52,759 nucleotides of DNA from positions 1 through 52,759 of the forward strand of contig LT649262.1 of the NCBI GenBank assembly GCA_900128395.1. Reading direction: 5' to 3'. The first letter of the stretch is position 1; every line of letters starts with the position of its first letter. Below the pieces are notes generated by a model. The model worked only from the letters and a program-made list of their open reading frames with translations, made no database searches and was not told where the DNA came from. The stretch comes from Stramenopiles sp. TOSAG23-2 (lineage: Eukaryota). This document shows, one piece after another, positions 20,501-29,949 of the stretch. Both the position numbers and the translations under genes were made by a program.

Positions 20501-22708
20501 ACTCTTAGAGATAGTCCTTGGCCGACCACGACCACGTGATTTACTTTTTGATTTTCGTTCTTCGATTCTTTTTCTCGCATATTCTTTTTGCATTTTATCT
20601 TTGAAAGCCTCATCGTCTTCGTGTATCTTCAAAAATTTACGTTCTATCTCTGCACTTTCACGATATTGCTCATATTTTTTCAGCTCTTCAAGGAATCTGT
20701 TGTAACAATTTATTTTTAATCTATTGGCATATCCTATCAAATTTTTAGAAAATTCTTTTTCTGGACCAGTGCGGTCTTTTCGGTTCTCAAGTAGCCATGT
20801 ATGATATTTGATGCAATTATCAAACATCAAGTTCACATCTGTTAAGAAAATAGACGCTGGCTTGTCTTCGTATTTATTCACTTTCATGCCATTATTACTG
20901 TCATCTTTACTATTTATGTTTTTCAATATCTCTTCAACGCACATTTGGTTACCACCAATTATTTCAAAATAATTTTTTTGTTCCATTTGTACATATTCTT
21001 TATATTTTGCATCTGTCATACCAACACTATGTTTGTTCCGAAAAGCGGTTCTTTCCTCTGGTGTCGGTACGTAGTTTGGCACGACTGGTTTTTCAAAAAC
21101 ATCTTTACCAGTAAATCGCTTTGCCACGCTTTTATTCATCATAATATATCTTTCAAGGATTTCTTTGTGAATCCTCGTCATTAATGAATCAAAGTCTTGA
21201 AGGATTCCGCGAGGAACCATTTCCCGTGTTATTATTTCATCGGTGGGTATGTGCAATATAGAATTGTCTTCTAATTTTGTACCTTTTGAAATTTTATTTC
21301 TTTCGCACCATTCAAACCATACTCGATTGCATCTTACCATTATTTCTGGCGTCAAAAGCAACACGTTTAACGAAGTACCTATGGTATTACGTATCCTTTC
21401 TTGATGATAAGTATGCTTCAAATTTTGTACGATGTTCTTAATTTGCTCCCCTTTTGCCTGATCTTTATATTCTCGGCATTTATACACCCATAGACCTCGA
21501 TTAAGAGTGAGTGTTCCACCCGCTAGGCTTTTGTAACCTGGCTGTTTTCTTCTACGTGGTGCTTGCAATTTATATGTCAATATCAGATCGCTAATCGTTC
21601 TTTTATCTGTTAATCGGTTAATTCGTTCAATTGGAAGCTTTACTACATTTAAAGCAGAAATTAATTCGTCATTTATCTTTATCAAACTTTGTTCCAACAC
21701 TTTTCTATTATTCGTGTTATTATTGCTCAAATCATTTAATCCATTCAAAGCTTTTAATAAATTCTCGCCGGCTGGTTTAACTTTAAATGGAAAATCTAGT
21801 TTACGCAAGTTCATTAACAAATATATGCGATATTCGCCATAATAAACATTACCAGTTTCAAAGTATTTTAATCTTAAATAATCTGATACAATTCTGAATA
21901 ATTTACGTGATTCGTCTAACGTATCAGCATTTCGAGCAACAAATAATGATTCTGCTAACTTGACAGCAGATTGAAAGTAATTTAAATCCCAGTGAGCATT
22001 GTCTCTAATAGCATTGACGGACTCGATGCAATACGTTTGAAAGTGTTGGTCCACCTGTTCTTGAAGCAATACTTTGTGCCAATGGTAAATTTTTTGGCGT
22101 GTACTTAGTGAAATCTTCATAAACATTTCACGTAAAAATGGCATTGGATTCTTTTCATTTTTTGGATTACCTTTATCCCACAAGTTTTTCAAAAGGCCCG
22201 CAAGTTCTTGTGAAATATTTTTCGGCTGAATACGATTAATTACTTCAAGTGTAACGGCTTGAAATTCGTCATTATCCATAAGCTCGTAATAACCTGTTTT
22301 GAAAATCCGCTTTGTTAAGCATAAAATCAAATTATCTTGGTTCATATTGGATAAATCTGATTTAATATCTTCACATAATTCTTTTATAAGTATTTGATTT
22401 ACTTCGTGCGGTGGCACACCAAGCATATCCAGCATTACAATTGCAGGCCCAATTGATGGAGGTCGTACCGGAATTTTTGCCTGCAACAAATGTGTACGCA
22501 TTGTCGTGATACGGGATTTTTGCAAGTTTTCTTTCAGATAATCTTGGCCACGTTTGCCTACAAGCCTTTCGACTTTGTTTATATTAGAAATATTTGCTTG
22601 TGGCGACCTACTACCACTAGCACTTAAATGCCTAGGGCTTGGGCTGGTGCTTAAACTCATTATACGCGAAATATTATTATTATTATTATTATTTGCTTGC
22701 ACAGACAT
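17588..22708 (-). CDS. NELF-B/COBRA1-like protein with four inserted bromodomains and an AT-hook (copy 1)
   Basis: Bromodomain signatures occur four times (e.g. FSIPVS..PHYTSMIERPMDYLTIRKNL..Y..F.DDM.LIYDNALLFN), plus an RGRGRPR AT-hook. Flanking blocks resemble NELF-B: PSIGPAIVMLDMLGVP, STRQKIY..LLQEQV, YLRLKYFETGNVYY..RIYLLMNL, DILMILDSP, LPTEN.LLRQISRWVCFG. Confidence 0.8.
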   Translation of the reverse strand: MSVQANNNNNNNISRIMSLSTSPSPRHLSASGSRSPQANISNINKVERLVGKRGQDYLKENLQKSRITTMRTHLLQAKIPVRPPSIGPAIVMLDMLGVPPHEVNQILIKELCEDIKSDLSNMNQDNLILCLTKRIFKTGYYELMDNDEFQAVTLEVINRIQPKNISQELAGLLKNLWDKGNPKNEKNPMPFLREMFMKISLSTRQKIYHWHKVLLQEQVDQHFQTYCIESVNAIRDNAHWDLNYFQSAVKLAESLFVARNADTLDESRKLFRIVSDYLRLKYFETGNVYYGEYRIYLLMNLRKLDFPFKVKPAGENLLKALNGLNDLSNNNTNNRKVLEQSLIKINDELISALNVVKLPIERINRLTDKRTISDLILTYKLQAPRRRKQPGYKSLAGGTLTLNRGLWVYKCREYKDQAKGEQIKNIVQNLKHTYHQERIRNTIGTSLNVLLLTPEIMVRCNRVWFEWCERNKISKGTKLEDNSILHIPTDEIITREMVPRGILQDFDSLMTRIHKEILERYIMMNKSVAKRFTGKDVFEKPVVPNYVPTPEERTAFRNKHSVGMTDAKYKEYVQMEQKNYFEIIGGNQMCVEEILKNINSKDDSNNGMKVNKYEDKPASIFLTDVNLMFDNCIKYHTWLLENRKDRTGPEKEFSKNLIGYANRLKINCYNRFLEELKKYEQYRESAEIERKFLKIHEDDEAFKDKMQKEYARKRIEERKSKSKSRGRGRPRTISKSQSKPAISTSSTSPIISTAGGSSNSNPVSNKMKTATAEVATTTTTTTTTTTTTTSTTALAPVKTEEIKSNNDKIASPTNQVSASVTAQIPAGGQSLIVEATGTNQNSNPEGLKNAMSSTLQYMKNADPSGLFAKVDVLLTLNKYTEFIERPMSFFEVEKSLNDNKYTSKIEFQNDVNLIFDNCIKYHNSSHSVYNQKIRKSMVATSNTKKRELKKKFTEELKKVGLYTPPRRGRQKGWQNNNKNNNNVSNKMLAGFAQYSGSSNQKRFVVHLSKNQRVEKCYLYLRNAVKNDPYKGVFPKNLKDRTVKALIKGGKYFARSGVFTLAHINDKIRNEEYNNENAEAMFVADMNRIYDDCMEHYKQYKDAFFYSWAKYSKDKLEKIVDKFLNEEPPFPGENKNMQSGDIMYKKMLDCLLQCCKSDEQRTNPNFQYFFSIPVSITRFPHYTSMIERPMDYLTIRKNLDNKIYAHPQAFVDDMYLIYDNALLFNLSNEKFNRFIQKEKDMFSNLTFVQEVKKSNRKRKKSHSPMIRPKKSISTSRTTRSGSRSSYAQSGSRDSRSVSKSRAGPTEFLKEDVMRGLLDILMILDSPVIKQQLHSVLTGIYRRSLLTDDSANVNENSDNMMAVDNDDNVLQAFPGPSLLGGADLTKETVNETSVTSPRLHDDNIEFPTKFKLPTENLLLRQISRWVCFGSSSSCLRKDTYGYTYFNEILKSKKDHFCQALVRIDSDEIFYEEDDKPHNMKLNPEYMQTQTVDTYDYILRNVLPRIGSSILKSFVAKKAFIEKNVVPDNLKFDDWKIYLNKFTYLQCARTVDDRKNYRLRETNKSLGLYFSILRQFVAATMEQILDGDTFFTRAALNQFLHHVKVVDLVETNFNELLFSTLCKYSEKCGKYTSQFETDMINVIVLSYFKPMLTKLMNNNETLKKNFITTIQQMKEKYSDNDAVQMLVMEEDNSSSNGGRAIKKRKISSE

Positions 22709-23273
22709 GTTTCTTTAATATTACAATAAATATGTTATAAATGTATTTGTATTTCGTCGAAAATTGACATAAACAAATGATCCAAACAAAAATAGTTGTT
22801 TACCTTGAAAAGGTTATATCTTCAATATACAAATTGTATATACTTTTTTGTTTCTAATTTTCTTTGTTCTTTTATTATTTCTATATTAATGTAATACATA
22901 ATTAAACTAAAACATTTATTCATTTTTTTTCATGTGCTAACCAGTATACCAATAATACTATAAAAAATAATACTTGTAAGTCTTAATAAATTTAAGGAGG
23001 GAAATGTTGCAAATCCAGGAACATCACATCATCATGATTTTTCATGAATTATCACCAAAACAACAACAAACATAGAGCTACTGGCATAACATACAGCAGT
23101 GGCACACAGTGCACGTACTACTATATATATTATTTTCAAAAAAAATACAAACTAACAAAAAAAATAGATTTATTATTCTTTAGATACACATGATATGAAA
23201 AGAAAAAGTTACCGTTTTATGTGCACATCTGTATAGATAGATTAAAAGAAAACAGTTGTAAAATAATAAAACA

Positions 23274-26200
23274 ATGCCTAATCATAACATATTACATGTA
23301 GCAGAAAAAAATTCAGTAGCAAAGTCAATAACACCTATATTGTCACGTGGCAACTTTCGTACTAAACATGGTTATGAAAAATATTGTCCTTTGTATTGTT
23401 TTGAATCTAATTTTCGTGGTAGAAATAGACAACACGTTGTAACATCTGTGATGGGTCATTTAATGTCGACAGATTTCACAGATGAATACAGAAGTTGGAA
23501 TTCGTGTACACCGGAACAGCTATTTACTGCACCAATCGTCGAATTTGTTCCTGATAAATTTAAAAACTTAGAACGACAATTAAAATCAGAAGCTCGAAAT
23601 TGTGATACTGTTGTTCTATGGCTTGACTGTGATAGAGAAGGTGAAGCAATTGCAAACGAAGTCGTAAATGTTTGTCGTAATGCCGCTCGTAGAAATTTGA
23701 ATATATTGCGGGCACATTTTTCCGCTGTCAATGCTACAGAAGTTAATCGAGCTATGTCAAATTTAAGAAGTTTAAATGAGAATGTTGTAAATGCAGTGAA
23801 AGCAAGGCAAGAAATTGATTTGCGTTTAGGTGCTTTATTTACTAGATGGCAAACGAAGTTACTTCAGCAAACATATACTTTGAACGTTGTTAGTTATGGT
23901 CCATGTCAATTTCCAACGTTAGGCTTCGTCGTAGATCGTTTTACACGCATTGAAAATTTTGAACAAGAAACATTTTGGAAAATAAAATGTGAATATGGTG
24001 ATTCAGATGATAAGCAAGATGGTTTAAATTTTTGTGAATTTTCATGGAAACGTGCACATCCAGGTTTATTTAATCGTGCATGTGCCACTATGTTATTAGA
24101 AACATGTGTTGAAAATCCCGTAGCAAGAGTAGTGAAAGTGTTAAAAAATTCTACGCGAAAGTTTAAACCTATGCCATTAGCGACGACGACACTTGGGATG
24201 AGCATGAGTCGATGGCGGCGTATAACAGCGAAAAGGGCATTAGATGCTGCCGAAAAGTTATATCAAAAAGGTTACATTAGTTATCCTCGTACAGAAACGG
24301 AAGTTTTTCGACCTGAATTTGATTTCCAAGCGATATTGCAAGAACAAACACAAAGTAACACGTGGGGCAATTATGCAACAGAATTACTTCAACCACAGAA
24401 TTTTGTAAGACCTAGAGCTGGTAATGGTGATGATAAAGCGCATCCACCGATACATCCAGTAAAATTTGTCGATGTAAATAGCTTGGAAAGTCGAGATGAA
24501 AAGGAAGTTTATGAATTTGTGGTGAGACATTTTTTAGCATGTTGTAGCAAAGATGCTTTAGGAAATAAAACTGTTGTTGATATTAAAATAGCAGATGAAT
24601 ATTTTTCTGCTCAAGGGTTACAAATTCTTGAGCGAAATTATTTAAATATTTATATGTATGACCGATGGAATGGAAAAAAGGTACCAAGTTTCGAAGAAGG
24701 CAATGAGTTCGAGCCATCAGCGTTGGAATTAAAAGATGGAAAAACAAATCCACCACCATTACTGAAAGAACATGATTTAATGCGTATGATGGAAAGTGCT
24801 GGGATTGGAACAGATGCAACTATTGCACAACATATTGAGACAATTAAGACACGTGAATACGTCACCGAGCAACAAGATCAAACATTGAAACCAACAGCAG
24901 TAGGCATTGGCCTGGTTCGTGCGTATCAAACGTTAGAGATGGACTTTGATAAGCCGAGTTTACGTGCTCAAATGGAAGCAGATTGTAAACAAATTGAAGC
25001 AGGAAGGAAAAACAAGGACAATGTTATTCTAGCATGTATGACAGCAATGCGAGGGCGTTTTTCATCTTTAAAGAATAAAACCTTGGAATGGCAAGCAAAG
25101 TTCGATGAATTTGTCGATGGCGAAGTAGCGAGAAAATCTGAAAATGCTACTGTCATACAGCGCAATTTTATGAAATGTGTAAACTGTGGGGGCAACACGA
25201 AATTTGATTTAATGAGACTTTCCGATAATAACAATCGCAATAATGACAATAGATTTTTGTTGTGTAAAAAATGTAAAAAAAATTATCCAATACCGCGGAA
25301 AGGTCAATTGGAACCACTTCGAAATAGGACTTGTCCTTTGTGCAACAATATTGTCATCAAAATCACAACTGATCGGGGCACATCGTATCATGTTTGTCCA
25401 TCATGTTATAATGTTCCTCCAGGTCGTACTGGTAAATCTGGAACTAGCAATATGAATTGTTTCAGTTGCCAATTTGGCGAATGTCCGTTGGCTAGCGGAC
25501 AACAAATTATAGTTCAAGAAAAATGCCGTTCTTGTAATAACGAACCAATGGTATTAAAATCAAGGGCAGTGACTGATGGTGAAAGAGGTAGTATGAAATA
25601 TCGTATTATGTGCAAAAGTAAAAATTGTAAAAATGAAAACATTTATTTCCCCGACTCAGCTGTGAAGAAAATAGTTCTCCCCAGCGATATTAATAGTCGA
25701 CGAGAATGTTCCCGATGTGGTATGCAAAAATTATTAATCACATTGAAATATAGCTCGGTTCCGCCTGGTACGAACTTGGAAACGTTGCGATGTCCACGCT
25801 GTGATAAAACGTTGCGTGATTTGAAAGGCGACCGTGGTGGAGGTAATGGTGGTGGTGGTAGTAGTAGTAGGCGTAGACGATCCACAACAACAACCACTAC
25901 TACAACAACGAATAATAATAGAAATGGTCGTTCCGGGCAGGCACATATTCAAATGCAGTACAATAACAATAATATTAGTAGAAACAACAATAATAACAAT
26001 AACAACAGCAATAATTATAGTAACAGCAACTATTCTTATAATGATAATCATAATAATAATAACAACAATAATTCTTATAACAATAACCGTGGCAACTACA
26101 ACGGCCAACAGCAATTGTCGCAACAGCAGCAACGAGGACCTAAAAAGGCTCGCAGTAGACCTCCATCATCTAATCTCACTTGTAAATGTAATTGCGGCAA

Positions 26201-26534
26201 GCCTGCAGTTAAATTTACATCGAGGAGTGAAAAGAATCCGAACAGGGAGTTTTTCAAATGTGTAGACGCCAAAAATGGCGGATGTGATTTTTTTAAATGG
26301 GTTGATGAGGTGGAAAATAATAATGGTGGTAGTAATTATGATGGCCAACAACAACGAAGACCGAAGAAATCTCGTGGTAGGCCACCATCGTCTGCAAAAA
26401 TTTGTTATTGCACAAATTGTGGTAAACCTGCATCCAAATTTACTTCTAGGAGTGAGAAGAATCCAAATAGAGAATTTTTCAGTTGCAAGGCGCAAGAAAA
26501 TTGCAACTTTTTCCAATGGGTAGATGAGATGTAG
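23274..26534 (+). CDS. TOP3A: DNA topoisomerase III alpha with C-terminal zinc ribbons and two GRF zinc fingers (copy 1)
   Basis: TOPRIM motifs VAEKNSVAK, TSVMGH and WLDCDREGE; SYGPCQFPTLGFVV; catalytic GYISYPRTET; AHPPIHP; GIGTDAT; multiple CxxC pairs; two C.CG...NPNREFF.C....C.FF.W.DE (zf-GRF) units. Confidence 0.96.
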   Translation: MPNHNILHVAEKNSVAKSITPILSRGNFRTKHGYEKYCPLYCFESNFRGRNRQHVVTSVMGHLMSTDFTDEYRSWNSCTPEQLFTAPIVEFVPDKFKNLERQLKSEARNCDTVVLWLDCDREGEAIANEVVNVCRNAARRNLNILRAHFSAVNATEVNRAMSNLRSLNENVVNAVKARQEIDLRLGALFTRWQTKLLQQTYTLNVVSYGPCQFPTLGFVVDRFTRIENFEQETFWKIKCEYGDSDDKQDGLNFCEFSWKRAHPGLFNRACATMLLETCVENPVARVVKVLKNSTRKFKPMPLATTTLGMSMSRWRRITAKRALDAAEKLYQKGYISYPRTETEVFRPEFDFQAILQEQTQSNTWGNYATELLQPQNFVRPRAGNGDDKAHPPIHPVKFVDVNSLESRDEKEVYEFVVRHFLACCSKDALGNKTVVDIKIADEYFSAQGLQILERNYLNIYMYDRWNGKKVPSFEEGNEFEPSALELKDGKTNPPPLLKEHDLMRMMESAGIGTDATIAQHIETIKTREYVTEQQDQTLKPTAVGIGLVRAYQTLEMDFDKPSLRAQMEADCKQIEAGRKNKDNVILACMTAMRGRFSSLKNKTLEWQAKFDEFVDGEVARKSENATVIQRNFMKCVNCGGNTKFDLMRLSDNNNRNNDNRFLLCKKCKKNYPIPRKGQLEPLRNRTCPLCNNIVIKITTDRGTSYHVCPSCYNVPPGRTGKSGTSNMNCFSCQFGECPLASGQQIIVQEKCRSCNNEPMVLKSRAVTDGERGSMKYRIMCKSKNCKNENIYFPDSAVKKIVLPSDINSRRECSRCGMQKLLITLKYSSVPPGTNLETLRCPRCDKTLRDLKGDRGGGNGGGGSSSRRRRSTTTTTTTTTNNNRNGRSGQAHIQMQYNNNNISRNNNNNNNNSNNYSNSNYSYNDNHNNNNNNNSYNNNRGNYNGQQQLSQQQQRGPKKARSRPPSSNLTCKCNCGKPAVKFTSRSEKNPNREFFKCVDAKNGGCDFFKWVDEVENNNGGSNYDGQQQRRPKKSRGRPPSSAKICYCTNCGKPASKFTSRSEKNPNREFFSCKAQENCNFFQWVDEM
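26094..26531 (+). repeat. Tandem duplicated linker + GRF zinc-finger module in TOP3A
   Basis: NY.GQQQ..R.PKK.R.RPPSS...C..CGKPA.KFTSRSEKNPNREFF.C...C.FF.WVDE is encoded twice with high amino-acid identity and many synonymous differences. Confidence 0.85.
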
Positions 26535-27046
26535 TCTTTATACGGTTCCGTATATATATAAAAATCAGAGTATATACATATTTATATATATATATATATA
26601 TATATATCATATAATTTAATTTACGCATAATTTATATAATTATATATAAAAAATTCTCTTATTTATATTATCATAATTTAAAGATTTTATTTTACTCATA
26701 ATGTTCATATATATATATATATATAAAAATTAATAATATGCATATCGCATATCTTATTTTTTTTTATTTTTGAACTCATGATAATTCCTACTCTCCAGAA
26801 AGAATACAATAACTGAGAGAACAATATCTATCTCACTGAAACTGAAAGATGGACCAATGAATCGTAACATTGCGATAGAGTTCAATTGAAATCCACAGAG
26901 TGTGCCAATATTTTTTAAAGAGATAAAAACATTGGTGGAGGTAAATATCATATGATAGATGCAATTAACACATCATTATATGCATCAATTGAAAACCGTG
27001 TATTGTTCAAAGGTGTGTGAGATACATCGTACCGTGTGGTAGTTAA

Positions 27047-28225
27047 TCAAGTAAACGTCGAATATACTCCAATGTTTGAACCTTGGAATGGCAATTCAAT
27101 CACCTTGATATTTTCAGGATCCAACGATACGCACCAATCGATTAACTCGTTTTTTGTGGAGACAACTTTTTTCTCATTCATGTCATTATACACAAAACGA
27201 TTTGGAAACAAACGGCTAAATACACAGCATGGGACGACTAGAAAAGGTTTCTTATTTTTAACAGCAAATTCTACAATTGCACCAGTAGCTTGATCTGGGT
27301 GTAGTCCGACCACAAAGCTACAATTTTTTAGTAATAAATTGTCTTCATGTGAATTTATATTACATATAGGCACATTTAATGCATTATCGTTATTAACATC
27401 AACATCACAATTTGTGAAATATGCTTGGCATTTATCATACATAATTGGTTTGTCATTTATACATACATAACGAATGTTATTTGGATGATTGCGATACTTA
27501 TTATCATTACTCTCTTCAGCAGTATTTTTTTTTTCCAATTTTATTTTACCTTCAATAGCACGGCGAAGAAATTTTCGATATCGGGAAGGCAAACAACCAA
27601 CTGATGGAGAGGAATCAAGACATGTAGATTTCACACCACAAAGCGCCAGCCCCAAAGAACACCATCCATTTCCACCTGCTACATCTAAAACTCCGCTTCC
27701 AGCGTTTAAATAATCTGTTGGCGTTTGATTATCTTTCATTAATGTTGATGTCTTTATCATATCCATGATAAACTTTGTAACAATTTCGCCTTGCTTTTGT
27801 TTTTCAAATTTATTTATTTTTTTATGCGGTTTATCTTCACCACCATCAGTTACTTTTCTATTATTATTATTATTCATTATTATTCCAATTTTCAATTTGT
27901 TTATTTTTTCAATATTATAACATCGTTTCATGTGTATTTTTATTTTATCATTTATATCATCAACATGAAACAGTTTAGAATCAAAAATATCAAATATACC
28001 TGTCACTAAAATATAGTCCCCTATTTTAAATTTTTTCTTTATAGCAGTAGAGTTGTAACTTTTCTCAATAATAATATTATAATATTTTGGCAAATTTATT
28101 GAATTTAATAATAATAAATTAGGTTGTGTTGTTCCAATTATTTTAAGAATGGTACGTGAAGGATATATATTGTATTTCACAATTATACCACACATTGAAC
28201 ATTCTTCCAATGAAGGTGAAGACAT
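27047..28225 (-). CDS. Class I SAM-dependent methyltransferase-like protein with possible N-terminal OB-fold-like region (copy 1)
   Basis: Motif I GVLDVAGGNG, then VVGLHPDQAT and KPFLVVPCCVF, typical of an uncharacterised methyltransferase-fold family. N-terminal FKIGDYILVTG is OB-like. Confidence 0.75.
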   Translation of the reverse strand: MSSPSLEECSMCGIIVKYNIYPSRTILKIIGTTQPNLLLLNSINLPKYYNIIIEKSYNSTAIKKKFKIGDYILVTGIFDIFDSKLFHVDDINDKIKIHMKRCYNIEKINKLKIGIIMNNNNNRKVTDGGEDKPHKKINKFEKQKQGEIVTKFIMDMIKTSTLMKDNQTPTDYLNAGSGVLDVAGGNGWCSLGLALCGVKSTCLDSSPSVGCLPSRYRKFLRRAIEGKIKLEKKNTAEESNDNKYRNHPNNIRYVCINDKPIMYDKCQAYFTNCDVDVNNDNALNVPICNINSHEDNLLLKNCSFVVGLHPDQATGAIVEFAVKNKKPFLVVPCCVFSRLFPNRFVYNDMNEKKVVSTKNELIDWCVSLDPENIKVIELPFQGSNIGVYSTFT

Positions 28226-28542
28226 TTTGTTTTACATCATTATACAGGTAGTTACTGTTGAATTTGTTACATAAATAGATCTTCTTTGACATATAATTGT
28301 GATTAGACTATTATACTTCTATATTTTAATAGCACTGGCCACACCTGTACCTATACTTCTTCTTTTGTCGATGATGACGAATATGCAATTCCATCCATCA
28401 ATTACAATATTAATACCAGGTAAAGTAGACGACTAGTATACTACTGTGGCCTAGCAAATATTTATTAGGTATTTTGTATTTTTTTTATAATTATTGAAAT
28501 AATAGCAATACATACTTACATATTCTAGACAAATACATAGTA

Positions 28543-28570
<28 letters not shown>
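28543..28570. repeat. (TACA)n microsatellite
   Basis: About 7 TACA units visible; identical at +22541. Confidence 0.85.
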
Positions 28571-28575
<5 letters not shown>

Positions 28576-28758
28576 TAGTATTATAATAATACCAGAGCTA
28601 AAATACCAAGGTACGCCATCAATAATCATTCTAGAGTCTGGCATTTTTATTGAAATTACCATATCAATTCAAAAATCATATTAAACAATAATCAATTATA
28701 ACAACAACATACTACGCATAACTATTGTAATGATGGAAAAGTATTAATCAAAACAATA

Positions 28759-29949
28759 ATGAACCAATATTCTGCCATTAATAATAAATCACCACCATGG
28801 TCAGTGGGAAATTGTTCAGGCAAAACATGGATGAAAGATTTAGAATGCTTAAATAATGTATCATTATCTGATATTATTTTGCCTGGATCGCATGATGCTG
28901 GAGCCTTTAAGTTGTATTCAACAGAAATATCACCTATTGCACCTGAAATTAATACGTTTCTTTTTAAATATTGTTGCTGTTGTGTTGTACAAAATTTTGC
29001 CATAGCCCAAACTGGTACATTATATGACCAGCTTTGCTGCGGGTCACGATATTTAGATCTACGTGTAACATATGATATGAAAAAAAGAATTTTAAGGACA
29101 GAACATTCTCTTTATGGCTTACCACTATTAACTTTATTTCAGCAAATAGCAAAATTTATTAAAGAGAATCCCAGTGAAATTGTTATTTTACATTTGCGCC
29201 ATTTCAGTATATTGAAGTATTATGATATGGAAATGAAACATCATGAGAAAATTATTCTTTTGTTAAAAGATATCTTTGATGTTGAACATGATTTTATAGA
29301 ATCAAGTGAAATAAGCTTACCCGTTAATGAGTTAAAGAAAAGAAATAGAAAAATACTATTAGTTTATGGTATACGTGAGAATAATATATCATGTAATAAT
29401 GCAATCCGTTCTATGCCCTGGATACATATAGAAACTAAAATATTGCCCGGAGGAATTGGATGGACCAAATCGACAACGGCTGAACATATGGTATCACAAT
29501 GGAAATTATTTGCATCAAATAATAATAAACAAACACCATCATTGTCTAATAACAATAATAATAATAAACATTTTTATAAGGTTGCAACAGCAATCACACC
29601 GAATCCAACTGTAATTACAAATGGTGTATTGAATTGTATATTTTGTTGTTTATGTCGTATTGTATGTAAAACTTCGTGTAGAAAACCAGCTGGATTAAAA
29701 GAAGTCTCTGATATAGCAAGCGATGCTATCATTGAAGAAATTCAAACATTAGTTGACAACAATATACGATTAAATATTTTAGATATAGATCACGTAGTAC
29801 GCCAACAAAAAAGAATAAATCTAATTGAAAAAATTATTTTATTGAATAAAAAGCAATGCGGTAAAGACGACTATCGAGTAGTAGACGTTATAGACGAAGA
29901 TGGGGTGATGATGGTGGTTGATAATGATAGAATTGGCAACGCGAAATAA
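28759..29949 (+). CDS. PI-specific phospholipase C X-domain protein (PLCXD / bacterial-type PI-PLC) (copy 1)
   Basis: WM..L...LSDIILPGSHDAG, AQTGTLYDQL..GSRYLDLRV, EHSLYG, FIKENPSEIVILHLRH. Confidence 0.9.
   Translation: MNQYSAINNKSPPWSVGNCSGKTWMKDLECLNNVSLSDIILPGSHDAGAFKLYSTEISPIAPEINTFLFKYCCCCVVQNFAIAQTGTLYDQLCCGSRYLDLRVTYDMKKRILRTEHSLYGLPLLTLFQQIAKFIKENPSEIVILHLRHFSILKYYDMEMKHHEKIILLLKDIFDVEHDFIESSEISLPVNELKKRNRKILLVYGIRENNISCNNAIRSMPWIHIETKILPGGIGWTKSTTAEHMVSQWKLFASNNNKQTPSLSNNNNNNKHFYKVATAITPNPTVITNGVLNCIFCCLCRIVCKTSCRKPAGLKEVSDIASDAIIEEIQTLVDNNIRLNILDIDHVVRQQKRINLIEKIILLNKKQCGKDDYRVVDVIDEDGVMMVVDNDRIGNAK

Noticed and set aside
1854-29949. Alternative genetic code or selenocysteine readthrough
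   Set aside because: TAA, TAG and TGA all terminate genes at sensible C-termini, and long ORFs are intact under the standard code.
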